Assembly: GCF_004010195.1 (NCBI RefSeq)
Contig: NC_057728.1
Location: forward strand, 49,151,065 to 49,215,064
Reading direction: 5' to 3'
Length of the DNA: 64,000 bases
Source of the DNA: Chiloscyllium plagiosum
Taxonomy: Eukaryota
The notes under the pieces: model-generated
What the model was told of the DNA's origin: nothing
Databases searched by the model: none
Seen by the model: the letters and a program-made list of their open reading frames with translations, nothing else
In this document: piece after piece, positions 1 through 13,386 of the stretch
Layout of the letters: each line of letters starts with the position of its first letter
How positions within the stretch are numbered: position 1 is the first letter of the stretch
Made by a program: the position numbers and the translations under genes

Positions 1-59
1 CTTGATAGCTCAATGTTTAATTTATGCAGATGGCAACCATGGTGGCTATTCACTGAGAT

Positions 60-2020
60 ATACAAAGGAATATAGGAACAAGAGTAGGCCGTTCAGCTCC
101 TTGAGCCTGTTCCATCATTCAATGAGATCATGGCTGAGCTGTGGCCTAACTCTATATATCTGCCTTAGATCCATATCACTTGATACTTTTGCTTAACAAA
201 AAAACTCTCTCAGATTTAGAATTAACAACTGATCCAATACCATTTATGGAAGAGAATTCCAAACATCTACTATCCTCTACATGTAGAAGTGGTTCCTAAC
301 ATCTCTGCTGAATGGTCTGGCCCTAATTCTCAGACTAGTTCTACAATCCCCAATCAGCAGAAATAATTTACCTTAATCTACCCTGTCTTTTCCTGTTAAT
401 ATCTTGAAGACTTCAATAAGATCACCTCTTAATTTTCCAAAATTAACTGGCCTAATTTCTGTAATCTTTCCTCATAACCTGACTCCTGAAGTCGAGGTAT
501 TATTCTTGTAAACCTATGTAGCGCTGTCTCCAAGGCCAAAATATCCTCCTTTATGCATGGTGCCCAGATCTGCTCACAGTACTCCAAGTGGAGTGTAACC
601 AGGGTTTTGTAAAACTGCAGCATAACTTCTGCATCCATGTACACCAGTCCTTTAAATTTAAAGGCCAGTAGTCCATTAGCTTTCTTGATTATTTTTTGCA
701 CCTGATTGTCACATTTTATAGGTCTAAAGATCTCTTTGGACATCTATTGTATTTAACTCCATACTGTCTAGAAATCACCCTGATCTATCCTTTAATGGTC
801 TAAAATGGATAATCTCACACTTGCCTATGTTGAACGCAATCTGCCAGAGTTTTGCCCATTCACTTTGTCTATCAATATCCCTTAGTAATGTTATGCTATC
901 ATCTACACTGTCGAAAATTAATTTACTTTGCGTCATCAGCAAATGTGCACATATAACTTTCAATGCCATTATCCAAGTCATTGATAAATAATGTGAATAA
1001 TTGACCCACTAACACAGATCTTTGTGAGACATTACTGGTCACATCCTGCCAATTTGAGTACTTTTTATCCATTATCCCTACTTTTTGTCACTTGCCACTC
1101 AACCAATTGCCCAGTCATGTCAGTAATTTGCCTTCAATTGTGGAGGCTTCTACCACAGACAACAGTCTCTTATGTAGGACTTTATCAAATGTCATCTGGA
1201 AGTCCATATAAACAACATCCCATAGACATTCCCCTGTCCAATGCCTTAGTCACCTCTTCAATAAAATTTACTGATGTTTACCAGGCATCCCCCGCCTGTC
1301 ATGAGTCCTTACTGGCTCGCCCTGATTAACTGAAATTGTCAAGACGTTCAGTCAGTTCATCCTTGATTAGAAACTCCAACAATTTCCCCACCACAGATAT
1401 TAGGTTAACATGTCTGTAATTCCCTTGTCTTCCTCTTTCATCCTTCTTAAAAATCAGATTGACATTTGCAATTTTCTAATCACGTGGACAACTCCTGTAT
1501 TTGGAGAACTCTAAAAGGCTGTAGTTAGAACGGCAGGTCAGGCAGTATCCAAGGAGCAGGAGAATTGACGTTTTGGCATAAGCCCTTCAATCAAGATTCC
1601 TGATGAAGGGCTTCTGCCCGAAACATTGATTCTCCTGCTCCTCGAATACTGCCTGACCTCTTATCCTTTTCCAGCACCACACTCTCGACTCTGATTTCTA
1701 GCATCTGCAGTCCTCACTTTCTCTGAGGTTATCGTTAGGGCCTGTACAATGTGCTCCCCTATGCCCATTAACACCCTCTGATGGAAACCATCAGGACATG
1801 GGGAATTGTCATTCTTTAATATCATTAATTCCCTCATTACTGATGTATTACATGCTAATTTTATTCAGTCCCTGTTCCTAATCCATTATTAGTTTCCTTG
1901 GGACATCTGACAAGCTATTTTCTCCCATAAATACTGAGGCAAAGTAATTATTCTGCCATTTCCCCATAGTCATTGACAATATCCTCGCTTTCAGTCTTAG
2001 TGGGTCAACGTTGCTCTTGA
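60..2020 (-). mobile_element. Old degraded CR1-clade LINE, interrupted by later insertions and continuing at about 3137-3400
   Basis: Minus-strand ORF remnants LQFYKTLVTLHLEYCEQIWAP and WQIAFNIGKCEIIHF are CR1 RT C-terminal motifs. Confidence 0.8.
1531..1724. mobile_element. Degenerate palindromic Penelope-derived element with hammerhead-like core
   Basis: Imperfect inverted repeat centred near 1595; CTGATGA-agggcttctgccc-GAAA at 1600-1623; same family as 6388-6606. Confidence 0.75.
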
Positions 2021-2025
2021 CCATG

Positions 2026-3132
2026 GAATGCAGGGAGAACTAGCTATTTGGATACAGAACTGGCTCAAAGGTAGAAGACAGAGGGTGGTAGTGGAGGGTT
2101 GTTTTTCAGACTGGAGGCCTGTGACCAGTGGAGTGCCACAAGGATCAGTGCTGAGCCCTCTACTTTTTGTCATTTACATAAATGATTTGGATGCGAGCAT
2201 AAGAGGTACCGTTAGTAAGTTTCCAGATGACACCAAAATTGCAGGTGTAGAGGACAACGAAGAGGGTTACCTCAGATTACAACAGGATCTGGACCAAATA
2301 GGCCAATGGTCTGAGAAGTGGCAGATGGAGTTTAATTCAGATAAATGCGAGGTGCTGCATTTTGGGAAAGTAAATCTTAGCAGGACTTATACACTTAATG
2401 GTAAGGTCCTAGGGAGTGTTGCTGAACAAAGAGACCTTGGAGTGCAGGTTCATAACTCCTTGAAAGTGGAGTCGCAGGGAGATAGGATAGTGAAGAAGGC
2501 GTTTGGTATGCTTTCCTTTTTGGTCAGAGTATTGAGTACAGGAGTTGGGAGGTCATGTTGTGGCTGTACAGGACATTGGTTAGGCCACTGTTGGAATATT
2601 GCGTGCAATTCTGGTCTCCTTCCTGTCGGAAAGATGTTGTGAAACTTGAAAGGGTTCAGAAAAGATTTATAGGAATGTTGCCAGAGTTGGAGGATCTGAG
2701 CTATAGGGAGAGGCTGAACAGGCTGGGGCTGTTTTCCCTGGAGCATCGGAGGCTGAGGGGTGACCTTATAGAGGTTTACAAATTATGAGGGGCATGGATA
2801 GGATAAATAGACAAAGTCTTTTCACTGGGGCCGGGGAGTCCAGAACGAGAGGGCACAGGTTTAGGGTGAGAGGGGAAAGATATAAAAGAGACCTAAGGGG
2901 TAACTTTTTCACGCAGAGGGTGGTACGTGTATGGAATGAGGATGCCAGAGGATGTGGTGGAGGCTGGTACAATTGCAACATTTAAGAGGCATTTGGATGG
3001 GTATATGAATAGGAAGGGTTTGGAGAGATATGGTCTGGGTGCTGGCAGGTGGGACTTAATTGGGTTGGGATATCTGGTCGGCATGGACGTATTGGACCAA
3101 AGGGTCTGTTTCCATGCTGTACATCTCTATGA
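2026..3132 (+). mobile_element. 5'-truncated young CR1/HER1 LINE (RT C-terminus plus 3' UTR)
   Basis: GVPQGSVLSP, FPDDTK, WQMEFNSDKCEVLHFG; nearly identical to 46637-47740; tgaccat occurs at both junctions (2019 and 3130). Confidence 0.93.
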
Positions 3133-4424
3133 CCATCCAGTTTCCCTTTATGTTATTATAAAATTCCTTCTTATTGATTTTGATGGCCCTGGCAAGTTTC
3201 CTTTCATTATTCTTTTTGGTAGCTCCTATAAGCTGTTTTGTGGCCTGTTGTCTCTTTTTCTTTCAGCAGGACCTGTGCTTTTTTCTGTATTTTTGTAAGC
3301 CCTTTCTTTTTAGCTGTCCCTTATCTCCTCAGTTGTCTATGGTTGTTGTTTCTGCAAAGTGGAGATTTATCTTTCAGGACTATAGTTAGGTTTGTACTTT
3401 GTTACATGTTTCAATTTTATAGCAAAACTATACTTTTATTCATATATAAATTATCTGCAAGTACAGACAAAGGGTTCTCACTCCTTTCCTTTGCAGAGAG
3501 ATAAGAGAAACACAAACAATATGTTGGAAATTAACATCCTACATAGCTACTGTGCAGTTGCAAAATCAAAGGCATTCTTAACTCATGTGGAAAAAATATT
3601 TACATATATTTTGAGGTCACAGGGGGTATGAGAACTGACTGGACTCTCATTATACTTTGGCAGAAAGGCCTTAGACATTGACCTTTCCCCAATGTGCCTT
3701 GGCTAAGATCAGTTTGATTTGTGTTAAATGTTAAATGTTTCTTTACACATCTTCTACTGTTCTTCAGTTATTTCACCCCTTAGCAGATTATCCGAGTTTA
3801 CTGTGGTCAATCTCTGTCTCATCTCGTTAAAGACAGCCTTACCTAAGTCTAAAACTCTAGTAGTTGATCCATGCTTTTCACTTTTAAATGCTACTCAGTC
3901 ATGAACACGACCACATTATGATCACTATTTGATAAACATTCATACACAATTACATTGCTAATTAAATCCAGTTCACTACTAACTTCAACATTACTCCTCC
4001 CCTTGTTGCATCCAGGACATGTTGCTGTTGGAAGCTATCCCAGACACACTCCAGAAATGTACTACCTTTCTGACAGGTGCTTGTCTGTCTCTTCCAGTCT
4101 CTAAACTGGCTTTGATACAGACTTGCTTAGTTTCTGCATTTATACAATCTAGCATTTCAGACTTGCTGCCAGAGGTACACATCGATTACAGTTTTAGATC
4201 CTTTACTGTTCCTCAGCTCCCCCATTCAGTTTCCACCGAATGCTTTCTCATTATATCCTCCCTCACCATTGAAGTAATTTTGTTTCTAATATTTATATAC
4301 AGCAACTACAAGAGAAAGTCAGAGGTTAGGAATACTGCAGCGAGTAAATCACCTCCTGACTCCTCAAAGCCTGACCACCATCTATAAGGCACAAGTCAGG
4401 AGTGTGATGGAATACTCTGCACTT

Positions 4425-4900
4425 TCCTGGATGAGTGCAGCTTCAACCACACTCAGGACGCTTGACAAAGCAGCCCACTTGATTGGCACCACATCCACAA
4501 ACATCCACTCCCTCCTCCACTGACACTCAGTAGCAGCAGTGTGTTATATCTACAAGATGCATTGCAGAAATTCACCAAGGATCCTTAGACAGCACCTTCC
4601 AAACACACAAACACTTCCATTCAGAAGGATAAAGACAGCAGATAACTGGGAACCACCATCTGCAAACTCCCCTCCAAGCTACTCACCATCCTAATTTGGA
4701 AATATATCGCTGTTCATTCACCGTTGCTGGGTCAAAAACCTGAAATTATCTCCCAGGGGGCATCGTGGGTCATCCTACAGCATGCGGACTGCAGCAATTC
4801 AAGAATGCAGCTCACCATCACTTTCTCAAGGACTGCTATGGATGGGAAATAAATGCTGGCCAGACAGTAACACCATTGTCCCATGACTGAATAAAAAAAA
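4425..4900 (+). mobile_element. 3' fragment of a non-LTR retrotransposon (L2/CR1 group)
   Basis: Reads IYKAQVRSVMEYS (RT C-terminal motif) and ends in gaataaaaaaaaa; related pieces recur at about 39730-39950 (-) and 16545-16635. Confidence 0.6.
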
Positions 4901-5538
4901 ATCCATAAGGCTACTCCAGCTCCTCCACCATTTTCCTCGTCATAGAGTCATAGAGATGTACAGCGTGGAAACAGACCTGTCGGTCCAACCCGTCCATGCC
5001 GAACAGACATCCCAACCCACTCTAGTCCCACCTGCCAGCAACCGGCCCATATCCCTCCAATTTAGTTTATTACTTACGATCTTTTTATTCATACATGGAA
5101 CACTTATTTGGCAATACACTGTAACCTGTCTCCCTCAGCACTGATGTGTTATTCACCTGCTTATTATTTCTCTTGTCTAGTTTAATCAATACACTTCTTG
5201 TATTTTGTGATGACCTGCTGTACCTAAGTAGGAGTCCTGACTGTTTCTTTACTCTCTGTTATGTTAATTGTTTTTTAAACTGTATGGACTTCCTTCTGAA
5301 CCCTCCCTCTGATTTACTGATTTAGAGTCCTTGTGACTATTCTATTTAGCCTTTTTGCAAGGACAGTAGCCCCAGATGGGTTCAGGTGGAACCCATCTCA
5401 GTAGTACAGTTCCTTCCTGTTCCAATAATGATGCCAACGCCCTACAAAATGGAACCCCTCTTTCCTTCACCACTCCTTTAGCCATGCATCTGTTTTCTTA
5501 ATTTTCTTATCTCTCTGCCAATTTGCACATGGCTCAGT

Positions 5539-5826
5539 GGGACGGCACGTTGGCTCAGCGCCAGGGACCCGGGTTCAAGTCCCTGCCTTGGTGACTCTCT
5601 GTGTGGAGTTTGCACATTCTCCCCGTGTCTGCATGGGTTTCCTTCTACACTCCAAAGATGTGCAGGTCAGGTGAATTGGTCGTGCTAAATTACCCATAGT
5701 GTTAGGTGCGTTAGTCACGAGTAAATATAGGGTAGGGGAATGGGTCTGGGTGGGTTATTTTTCGGAGGGTTGGTGTGGGCTTTATGGGCCGAAGAGCCTG
5801 TTTCCATACCGTAGGGAATCTAATCT
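5539..5826 (+). mobile_element. HE1-type tRNA-derived SINE
   Basis: tRNA-like head (ggcacgttggctcag...gggttcaagtccc), core gtgtggagtttgcacattctccccgtgtctgc, tail gggaatctaatct. Confidence 0.85.
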
Positions 5827-5959
5827 TTATAATCCAGAGATTATAAGCCTTGAGGTTCTATTCTTTAGCTTGTTCCTCATTCCTGATATTTCTCAAACCT
5901 CTTGCCTATTCTTGCCAATATTGTTTGTCCCACATGGACCACAACAATTGTAGCTGTAG

Positions 5960-6387
5960 AGAGTGGCTGAATAGGCGGGGCATTTTTGACTGCAATGTCT
6001 GAGGCTGAGATGTGACTTTATAGAGGTTTATAAAATTATAAAGGGCATGGATAGAGTGAATAGACAAGGTGTTTTTCCCAGGATAGGGGAGTTCAAATCT
6101 AGAGGACATAGGTTTAAGGTGAGAGGAAAGAGATTTAAAGAGGATCTGAGGGACAACTTTTTCATGCAGGGGATGGTGTGTGCATGGAACAAGCTGTCAG
6201 AGCAGGTGGTGAAGGCTGGTATAATCACAACATTTAAAAGGCATCTGTATGGGTATATAAATAGGAAGGGTTTTGAGGGATATGGGCCAAATGCTGGCAA
6301 ATGTGACAAGATCAGATTGGAATGTCTGGTCAGCACAATGAGTTGGACTGAAGGGTCTGTTTCCATGCTGTGTAACTGTATGACGAC
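5960..6387 (+). mobile_element. CR1/HER1 3' fragment
   Basis: SRGHRFKVRGKRFKEDLRDNFF...W motif plus 3' UTR homologous to 47400-47740. Confidence 0.85.
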
Positions 6388-6606
6388 GCTGAAAATGTGT
6401 TGCTGGAAAAGCGCAGCAGGTCAGGCAGCATCCAGGGAACAGGAGAATCGACGTTTCGGGCATAAGCCCTTCTTCATTCCTGAAGAAGGGCTTATGCCCG
6501 AAACGTCGATTCTCCTGTTCCCTGGATGCTGCCTGACCTGCTGCGCTTTTCCAGCAACACATTTTCAGCTCTGATCTCCAGCATCTGCAGTCCTCACTTT
6601 CTCCCC
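6388..6606. mobile_element. Young palindromic Penelope-derived element with hammerhead ribozyme motif
   Basis: Perfect 89-bp inverted repeat (6388-6476 / 6481-6569, loop ttcc); exact 14-bp TSD aactgtatgacgac (6374-6387, 6607-6620). Confidence 0.85.
6476..6511 (+). ncRNA. Minimal hammerhead ribozyme motif (PLE type)
   Basis: CUGAAGA (6480-6486), stem II gggc-uuau-gccc, GAAA, then CG-UC cleavage triplet ending at 6507; palindromic ACGU replaces helix III. Confidence 0.7.
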
Positions 6607-8799
6607 AACTGTATGACGACTCCTAGTCCTGTGTCTCTAAATTATTTAATTAGTTTTAAGTTGGTATTTTTAAACTTCCAACGGGTCTTTAGTTTTTAAT
6701 CTGTAAAATATTCATCCAATGTATCCACAATCTGAAATTTATCTTGAAAAGATATTTAAAATAGCATTCACTTACTAACTATTGAATTTACTTTTTTTCT
6801 GTCATGTCACTGTTTTTCTCACTGTTTCTGATACCAGACTCTCTTCCCCTTCTGAGTCCTCTTTTCCCTTATGCCCAAATATTGTAAGATTTTATTAAAG
6901 AGCAGAAATAATCACCAATGAAAGAAAAGAATGGGCTGATCACCTGCTTCCTCTTTCACCTAACTCCCTGTTTCACTCCAGTTACAGTCTAATGCAACAA
7001 AGCAGCAAGCCAGGGTGGATATTCACACAAGGCCACTGACATACAGGGTACTTCCTGACATGACTAGAACGTTAACTATTGTGTCATAAACTGCCAAGAC
7101 ATCTCTAAGAAAAAACCCGCAACTTTCTCACATCCAGTAAGAAAACGTATTAATGACTTTTCATTTAACCTTTGGCATGGACAATAGACATTTATTTATC
7201 TACAATGCAAGCCTTTATTTCAATGTTAACCGTTTCCCCTCCACTTCCCACCAAAGAAATTTGTTCATATGACTCCCACAGCACTAATCCAAACTGCCTT
7301 TTAACTTTTCCATTTTGAAATAGCAGTCAAGTCAGGGACCAATGGACTCGACTGATGATATCAAAGATACTGACTTCATGACTCCAAGTTAATAAGGAAA
7401 AGTCTTCAGCTTATAAAGAGCAACCAGCAATCTATATTTTTGTTATTTGCAAGTAATCAAGCTTCTTTTGTCAAAACAGCAAAACATTGTAGGAGTATTG
7501 CTCAGAAGACCCACAATGATATTTTGAAGAGAAGAAACTGTTTACTGCTGGCTAGTCAATCAATCATTCATACAAGTTCCAGTCTGTACATACGAGTGTG
7601 TGGACTTGTGGGTTCCACCTTAAAAGTTTAGACATCAATCAACTGGAATCCCTCAGTTGTTGCTCATTGAATATATCTTCTTTGATCCTGTCTCTCCTTG
7701 CTCATTCAAAGTTTGCCTATTTTGTGAAGCACCCCCAGCCCCATATTTGAAATAAACCCTGATTCTGATTGAACTTTACAACAGTGTTGTTGTGATCTGT
7801 ACAAAGTCAAAGAGATTAAGAAATTACACCATCACTTTAAAAAAGGGGAATAATTTATCCCAATCTGTTTATGGACAAATGGTGAGACTAAGGAACACGA
7901 TTCATTTAAAACTCATAGTCTGCCCATAATACTGCGCTGTGGGAAAAGGACAGAAGAATTAGGCCAGGAGCTTTTGCACATGATGGGCTAAATGTTTCTA
8001 ACTGTGTTATAACCATTCTATGACTCTTTTCTAGTGAAAAGAGTGCAGTGTGTTTGTCATTTACAAATACTATATCACTTTAAATCTCATGTAGATGTCT
8101 CTATATCCTTTTATAACATGATGGGCAGTATTTCAATTAGGTGCAACTAAGGTATTGCATAAGTTTAGCTTAAACTCTCTTTTATGTTTACCGTGGTGGG
8201 GAATTTGAAAAATATACTTGCAGCTGCTGAGCTTGCAGTTGTTCTGTCATGATACACTTGAGCTGAAATGTATGCAAGAGTGATCATTTTGCATCGCAGT
8301 TGGTCTCAATTACACAAATTTCATGGTTCATGAAAATGTAAGAACAAGGCAGGAAATTCAATAGCTATCTGGTCCCGAATACAATTTTATGGAATTCATA
8401 TTTTCTCTAATATTCAGAAAATTAGACAATGAAATGGCTGAATAAAAGCTGAAAAAACTGCGGATACTGTAAATCTGAACTAAGTTCTGAGGAAGGGTCA
8501 CTGGACCTAAAACATTAACTCCGATTTCTGTCCACAGATGCTGCCAGACCTGCTGAGATTTTCCAGCAATCTCTATTTCTGTTAATGGAATAGCTGACCT
8601 TATTTAGGCCACTTATGATGGAATTTGTGGAAAAGGAGCTTTTGAGATCTCAGCCTTTTGTTATCTTTGATACTAGTGCAATCAACTCAGAATTTTGGCA
8701 TTTAATTAATATTTATGAGTACCAGTGATCATAATTGTGCTGTATAATTGAAGTTAGGTTCCATACGTATACGAACAACATCACAAATCTACAGCTTCC

Positions 8800-9480
8800 C
8801 TGAGTTATTTATGTTCCAATCTTCCAAAAATAATATATCCAGGTTTGCTGATGATACCAAACCAGCTGGGTATATATACACCAAGAACATATAGACAGGT
8901 TTAGTTTGAGGGGTGGCAAAGACGGCAGATGGAGTATAGTGTGGAGACATTAGGAAAGCAAGTGGCGTGATGATCTTTATTGCAGTGGATTGAAGCATTA
9001 ACATAAGTACTGCTGCAATTGTAAAGGACTTTAGTGAGATCAATGTGGAGTGTCGTGCTCATTTTGCCTCAATATTTAAGAAAATATATCCTTGCATCAG
9101 AAATGAAACACCAAAAAGGTTCACGAGTTTAACTGCTAATACGAAAGGGTTGGCCTATGATAAGAACCTGAGTAGGTTCAGCCTACAGTATTTATAAGAA
9201 TGAGTGAGGAGCTCACTGAAACATGGAACATGTGGAAGGCATTGACCGGGAAGGCATTGAGAATGCGTTATTTCATAAGCTGTGGATTCTAGAATACATG
9301 TCACAGCCTCAAAATAAACAGTCAATCATTTAGAACTGAGATGAGGAGAAATTTCTTCACTTATAGTGTTGTGAATCTTTGGAATTCTTTACCTCAAAGG
9401 GCTGTGGGTGATCCACTGTTGAGTATATTTAAGACTGGAATAGATGGTTTTTTGATCTTTCAGTGAATCATTGGGCACAG
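8800..9480 (+). mobile_element. Old CR1-clade fragment
   Basis: tccaggtttgctgatgataccaaa reads SRFADDTK; downstream aggagaaatttcttcac...gtgaatctttggaattc is the CR1 3' region. Confidence 0.7.
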
Positions 9481-10267
9481 CTGGATAGTCCACACTTGCA
9501 TTGCTATTTCTTATATTCTCACCCTACACTGTAGTTAACCTTTCCAATTCTTCCATTGTACTTGTCACTTTTGCTGCTATCTTCATGACTTTGCTGATAA
9601 CTCAATCAATGACTTTCTCCATATTCCATCCCTCCACCCTTCCCACCCCGCCACCAAACAAGGTCTTTGCTATTCATGTCTGCATTCTGTTTCATAGACC
9701 AACATCCCTATGTTGAATTAAGCAGCAAAAGCCTTTCAAAGATTTACAAGGGTTTTATTGTAAATTTTTAGTTTGGTACAAACCCCAGTTTCCACCTTCC
9801 CCTTCTGAAGCCTTTCCCACTCCCTCTCCTAGGAACCTGGGCAAGGACATAGCCGTGGAAGAGAAGCCGGCAGTCAGGAATTATGACCCCCTCCACAACC
9901 CGCTGTTGGTGGCTGCTTTAGCCAGGCCCCGGAGTAGGCCCACAGAAGGAGGACCTCAAACTTGCCTGACTCCTCTGCAAGGGGGGATGCATAAAGATCA
10001 AGAGGCTTAAGTGCAATCAAAAGAACTAAAACAAGTTTTTTAAAGTAACTGTAAACACACTACTAAATTGCCCACTTAACAAATTAAATAATTAACAAAT
10101 ATGAATGATTGAACTGAAATCTTGACAGAAGCACATAGCGGCAACTCCTTGCTCCCCTCTATCTATACTTTCCACAACCAGCCCCACCCAACATGCAGAT
10201 TAAACTGATTAGTTGATCTTCATATTTCTTAGAACAACATTTTTTTGTAACATTGGCATCATATTAT

Positions 10268-10573
10268 GATTAGATGATTAGATTCCCTACAGTGTGAAAA
10301 CAGGCCCTTCGGCCCAACAAGTCCACACCGATCCTCCGAAGAGCAACCTGCCCAGACCCACTCCCCTACATTTACCCCTGACTAATGCACCTAACACTAC
10401 GGGCAATTTAGCATGGCCAATTCACCTAACCTGCACGTCTTTGGACTGTGGGAGGAAACCAGAGCACCCGGAGGAAACCCACGCAGACACTGGGAGAATG
10501 TACAAACTTCACACAGACAGATGGCCAAGGCAGGAATTGAACCTGGGTCCCTGGCACAATGAGGCAGCAGTGC
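10268..10573 (-). mobile_element. HE1-type SINE with its 5' end truncated at an L1 junction
   Basis: Reverse-strand SINE core (ggaggaaacccacgcagacac, caaacttcacacag); ttaga-type tail. Confidence 0.88.
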
Positions 10574-13386
10574 CAGGGAATCATGACTGGGAGATCGAAA
10601 AACTCGAGCAGCGCATCAGAGGGGCGGAGCAACGGGCCACGGCCTCGGAGACTGCTGCTGAGTCATCCGTGGGTCAGGTCTAGGCTCTGGACCAGCGAGT
10701 CCGGACCCCTGGAGGAGCACATCGACGATCTTGATTCTCGAGGTCGTCGGAAGAATATTCGGTTGCTGGGCATTATCGAAAGGGAGGAGGAAGGCCAGCT
10801 TGTGGATTTCTTGGAGCAATGGCTCCCATCATTATTGAAGTTGGAGTCGGAGCTGGGCCGGATGTAGGTGGAGCGGGCCCACCGGGTTGCTGTGCGCAGG
10901 CCCAAGTCGGACAAGCATCCCCGCCTGATCTTAATCCAACTCCAAGGAAAAACAAATGATCCTAGAGGCCTCCAGAGTCCAGGGGAAGAATCCCCAGGCC
11001 ATTGTGTACAAGGGCTCCAAGATAATGCTATTTCAGGACTTCTCTCCAGTCGTGGTCCACAAGAGAAGAGCACTCGATGAGGTGAAGAAGCGTTTGTGAG
11101 ACTTAAATATTCAATACTCCATGCGATATTTGGCAACGCTGCGCTTCAGCCATGGAGGATTCGTTTACAACTTTGGATCACCAGAGTAAGTAAAAGAATT
11201 CGTGAAGTCTCTCAAACAGACTGCGGGACTTGAACTGTATGGATAATGACTTTATTTCCCCTCCCCCCCTTTGTTTACCCTCTTTTCTTTCTCCATTTCT
11301 CTTTTACTCATCTTTCCCTGAGGGTGGGGGGTGTGGTGGGCTTGTTCTTTACTCTTTCTTTGATCTCCTTTTTGTAGCTCGTGCAGCTTATTTGATTTGT
11401 GGGGGAGATTTTTCTAGAGTGGAGTTTTCTTTTTTCTTCTTATTTAGTTGCCTAATACTTGCTTGGATTGTAGTTTCGTAACTTTATATATTTCTATTCT
11501 GTATTGTTTTTATTAAATGTATCCAGGTGTTGGTGTGGGGAATGGGTGGGTCACTCACTTTTAATTCCTGTTTTATAAGACACTTGAATTTATTTACTCC
11601 ATTTTGTAATGCCTGGGCTGAGAGGAGGGCCCCAGCTGGGAGAGGTTATGGTGGGGTTATTCATAGATAGTTATGTCCCCTGGGAGCAAGGGGGAGAGTC
11701 TCCTTTCAAATATGTTTTGTGTTATTTTTACTTAGGAGTAGTTCTTAATTGTGTTGATTCAAATGTTTTAAAGCGTTTTTTACATCTGAATTTTCTATGG
11801 TCTTTATTCAATGTCTTTTGGGTGGGGTTCTTCCTCCTGGGGGGGTCTCGGGCTTGTCTGGACGATCATGGCTAGCCATTCGCTTAGGTGGTGCACCTGG
11901 AATGTCAAGGGGAGCCATTCGCCAATCAAAAGGAAAAAGATATTATCGAGTCTTAAAAAGGAAAGGGTTGATGGAGCTCTTTTACAGGAGGCTCATCTAC
12001 TTGATAAGGAGCACTCAAAGCTACAGCAGGGTGGGTTTGGTCAGGCGTTCTTTTCATCTTTCAGCTCAAAAAGTAGGGGAGTAGCCATTCTTATTCGGAA
12101 GAAGCTTCCTTTCCAAATGTAAAGCCAGATAAAAGATGAGTCTGGACGGTATATATTGATCAAAGCCCTAATATACGGAGAGGAATACAGGATTTTGAAT
12201 CTTTATTGTCCCCCTGCACACCCTTTTAAATTTGTAACTGAAGTGTTCTCTAAGTTAATGTTCTCTAAGATACTTCTCTCCCGCTTTCGGTATTTTCAAA
12301 TACGAGACTTTATACAAAAGAAGACCACACTGATAGTCAATCCCTACAAATCGGATAGGGAAAGGAGAGTGCTATGCTATGGGGCCATCCTCAGCCAGTA
12401 CTCTTTATCACTCACTATACAGTAAGGTGTCGAAGGACATGGAGCGATTATATAAAACCTGGAACCAAGAATTAGGGTTGGAAATCTCTTTAGAAATGTG
12501 GGAGGATGTCTGAGAAAATGCCAGAAAGATCTCTATCTGTAACAGAATTCAGGCTACTCAATTAAAGATACTTCACAGGGCTCACATGGCATCTGAACGA
12601 CTCGCAAAATTCAAGGCAGGAGCATCCCCAATGTGTCCTAAATGTAAAATAGAAGTTGGCTATCTCACGCATTGTCTAAGGACATGCCATAAGATCCATA
12701 GGTTTTGGCATAGAGTAGCGAATGCCTTGGCAGAGATTTTGTGTACAGAGGTTGGATCGGATCCAACATCCTGACTTTTGGGCTCTCTAAATTTTCCCTC
12801 CCTGGATGTATACGGGAAAAAATTATTTACTATCCTCTCCTTTTGTGCGAGGAAAAATATTTTAGTGAATTGGGTATCCGAAGGACCCTCAGGACTTTCA
12901 AACTGGCACAGGATAGTCATGGATTATATCCCGCTTGACTTCCTCACGAACATGGTGCACCAAAAAATGGAATTATTTTGTAAAACATGGCAGGCCTTTT
13001 TGAACTACATCGACACAGTTATTTCGGCCATATTGTCCAGGGTTTTTGTTTAGCTGTGGTAATGGTTCTGGTTGGTTCGGGGGCTCCCGGGAAGAGGAAT
13101 CCTGTATAAATACGGGTTCTATTATGACTTGATGTAAATCTATTTTGAGCATGTATCTAGTTATTTAATTACTTTGTTGTTTACTGTTAGTAATGTATGA
13201 TATCCTTTTTTATGTTTTGGTTGTTTGTAGAATAGATTAGTAGTTAGTTGGATTTTTATTTATTTAATTTTATATTAGTGTTACTATATTGTTAAGTGGA
13301 ATACACTAGTTTGTATTATTTTTGTAATTTTGCAAAAAAATCTTTAAAATTTTCTTTTTTTCAATAAAAATACCTGTATAAAAAAA
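10574..13386 (+). mobile_element. L1-clade LINE, 5'-truncated, with a large internal deletion removing RT
   Basis: ORF1 motifs DDLDSRGRRKNIRLLGI and ERAHRV; ORF2 APE motifs WNVKG, LLQEAHL, SKSRGVAILI; jumps at about 12270 to the C-terminal Cys region (CPKC...LTHC...C); AATAAA at ~13363 and A-tail. Confidence 0.9.

Noticed and set aside
6047..6574. Overlapping ORFs on both strands with nearly identical peptides (MCCWKSAAGQAASREQENRR...)
   Set aside because: Artefact of the perfect palindrome plus a CR1 tail; not a gene.
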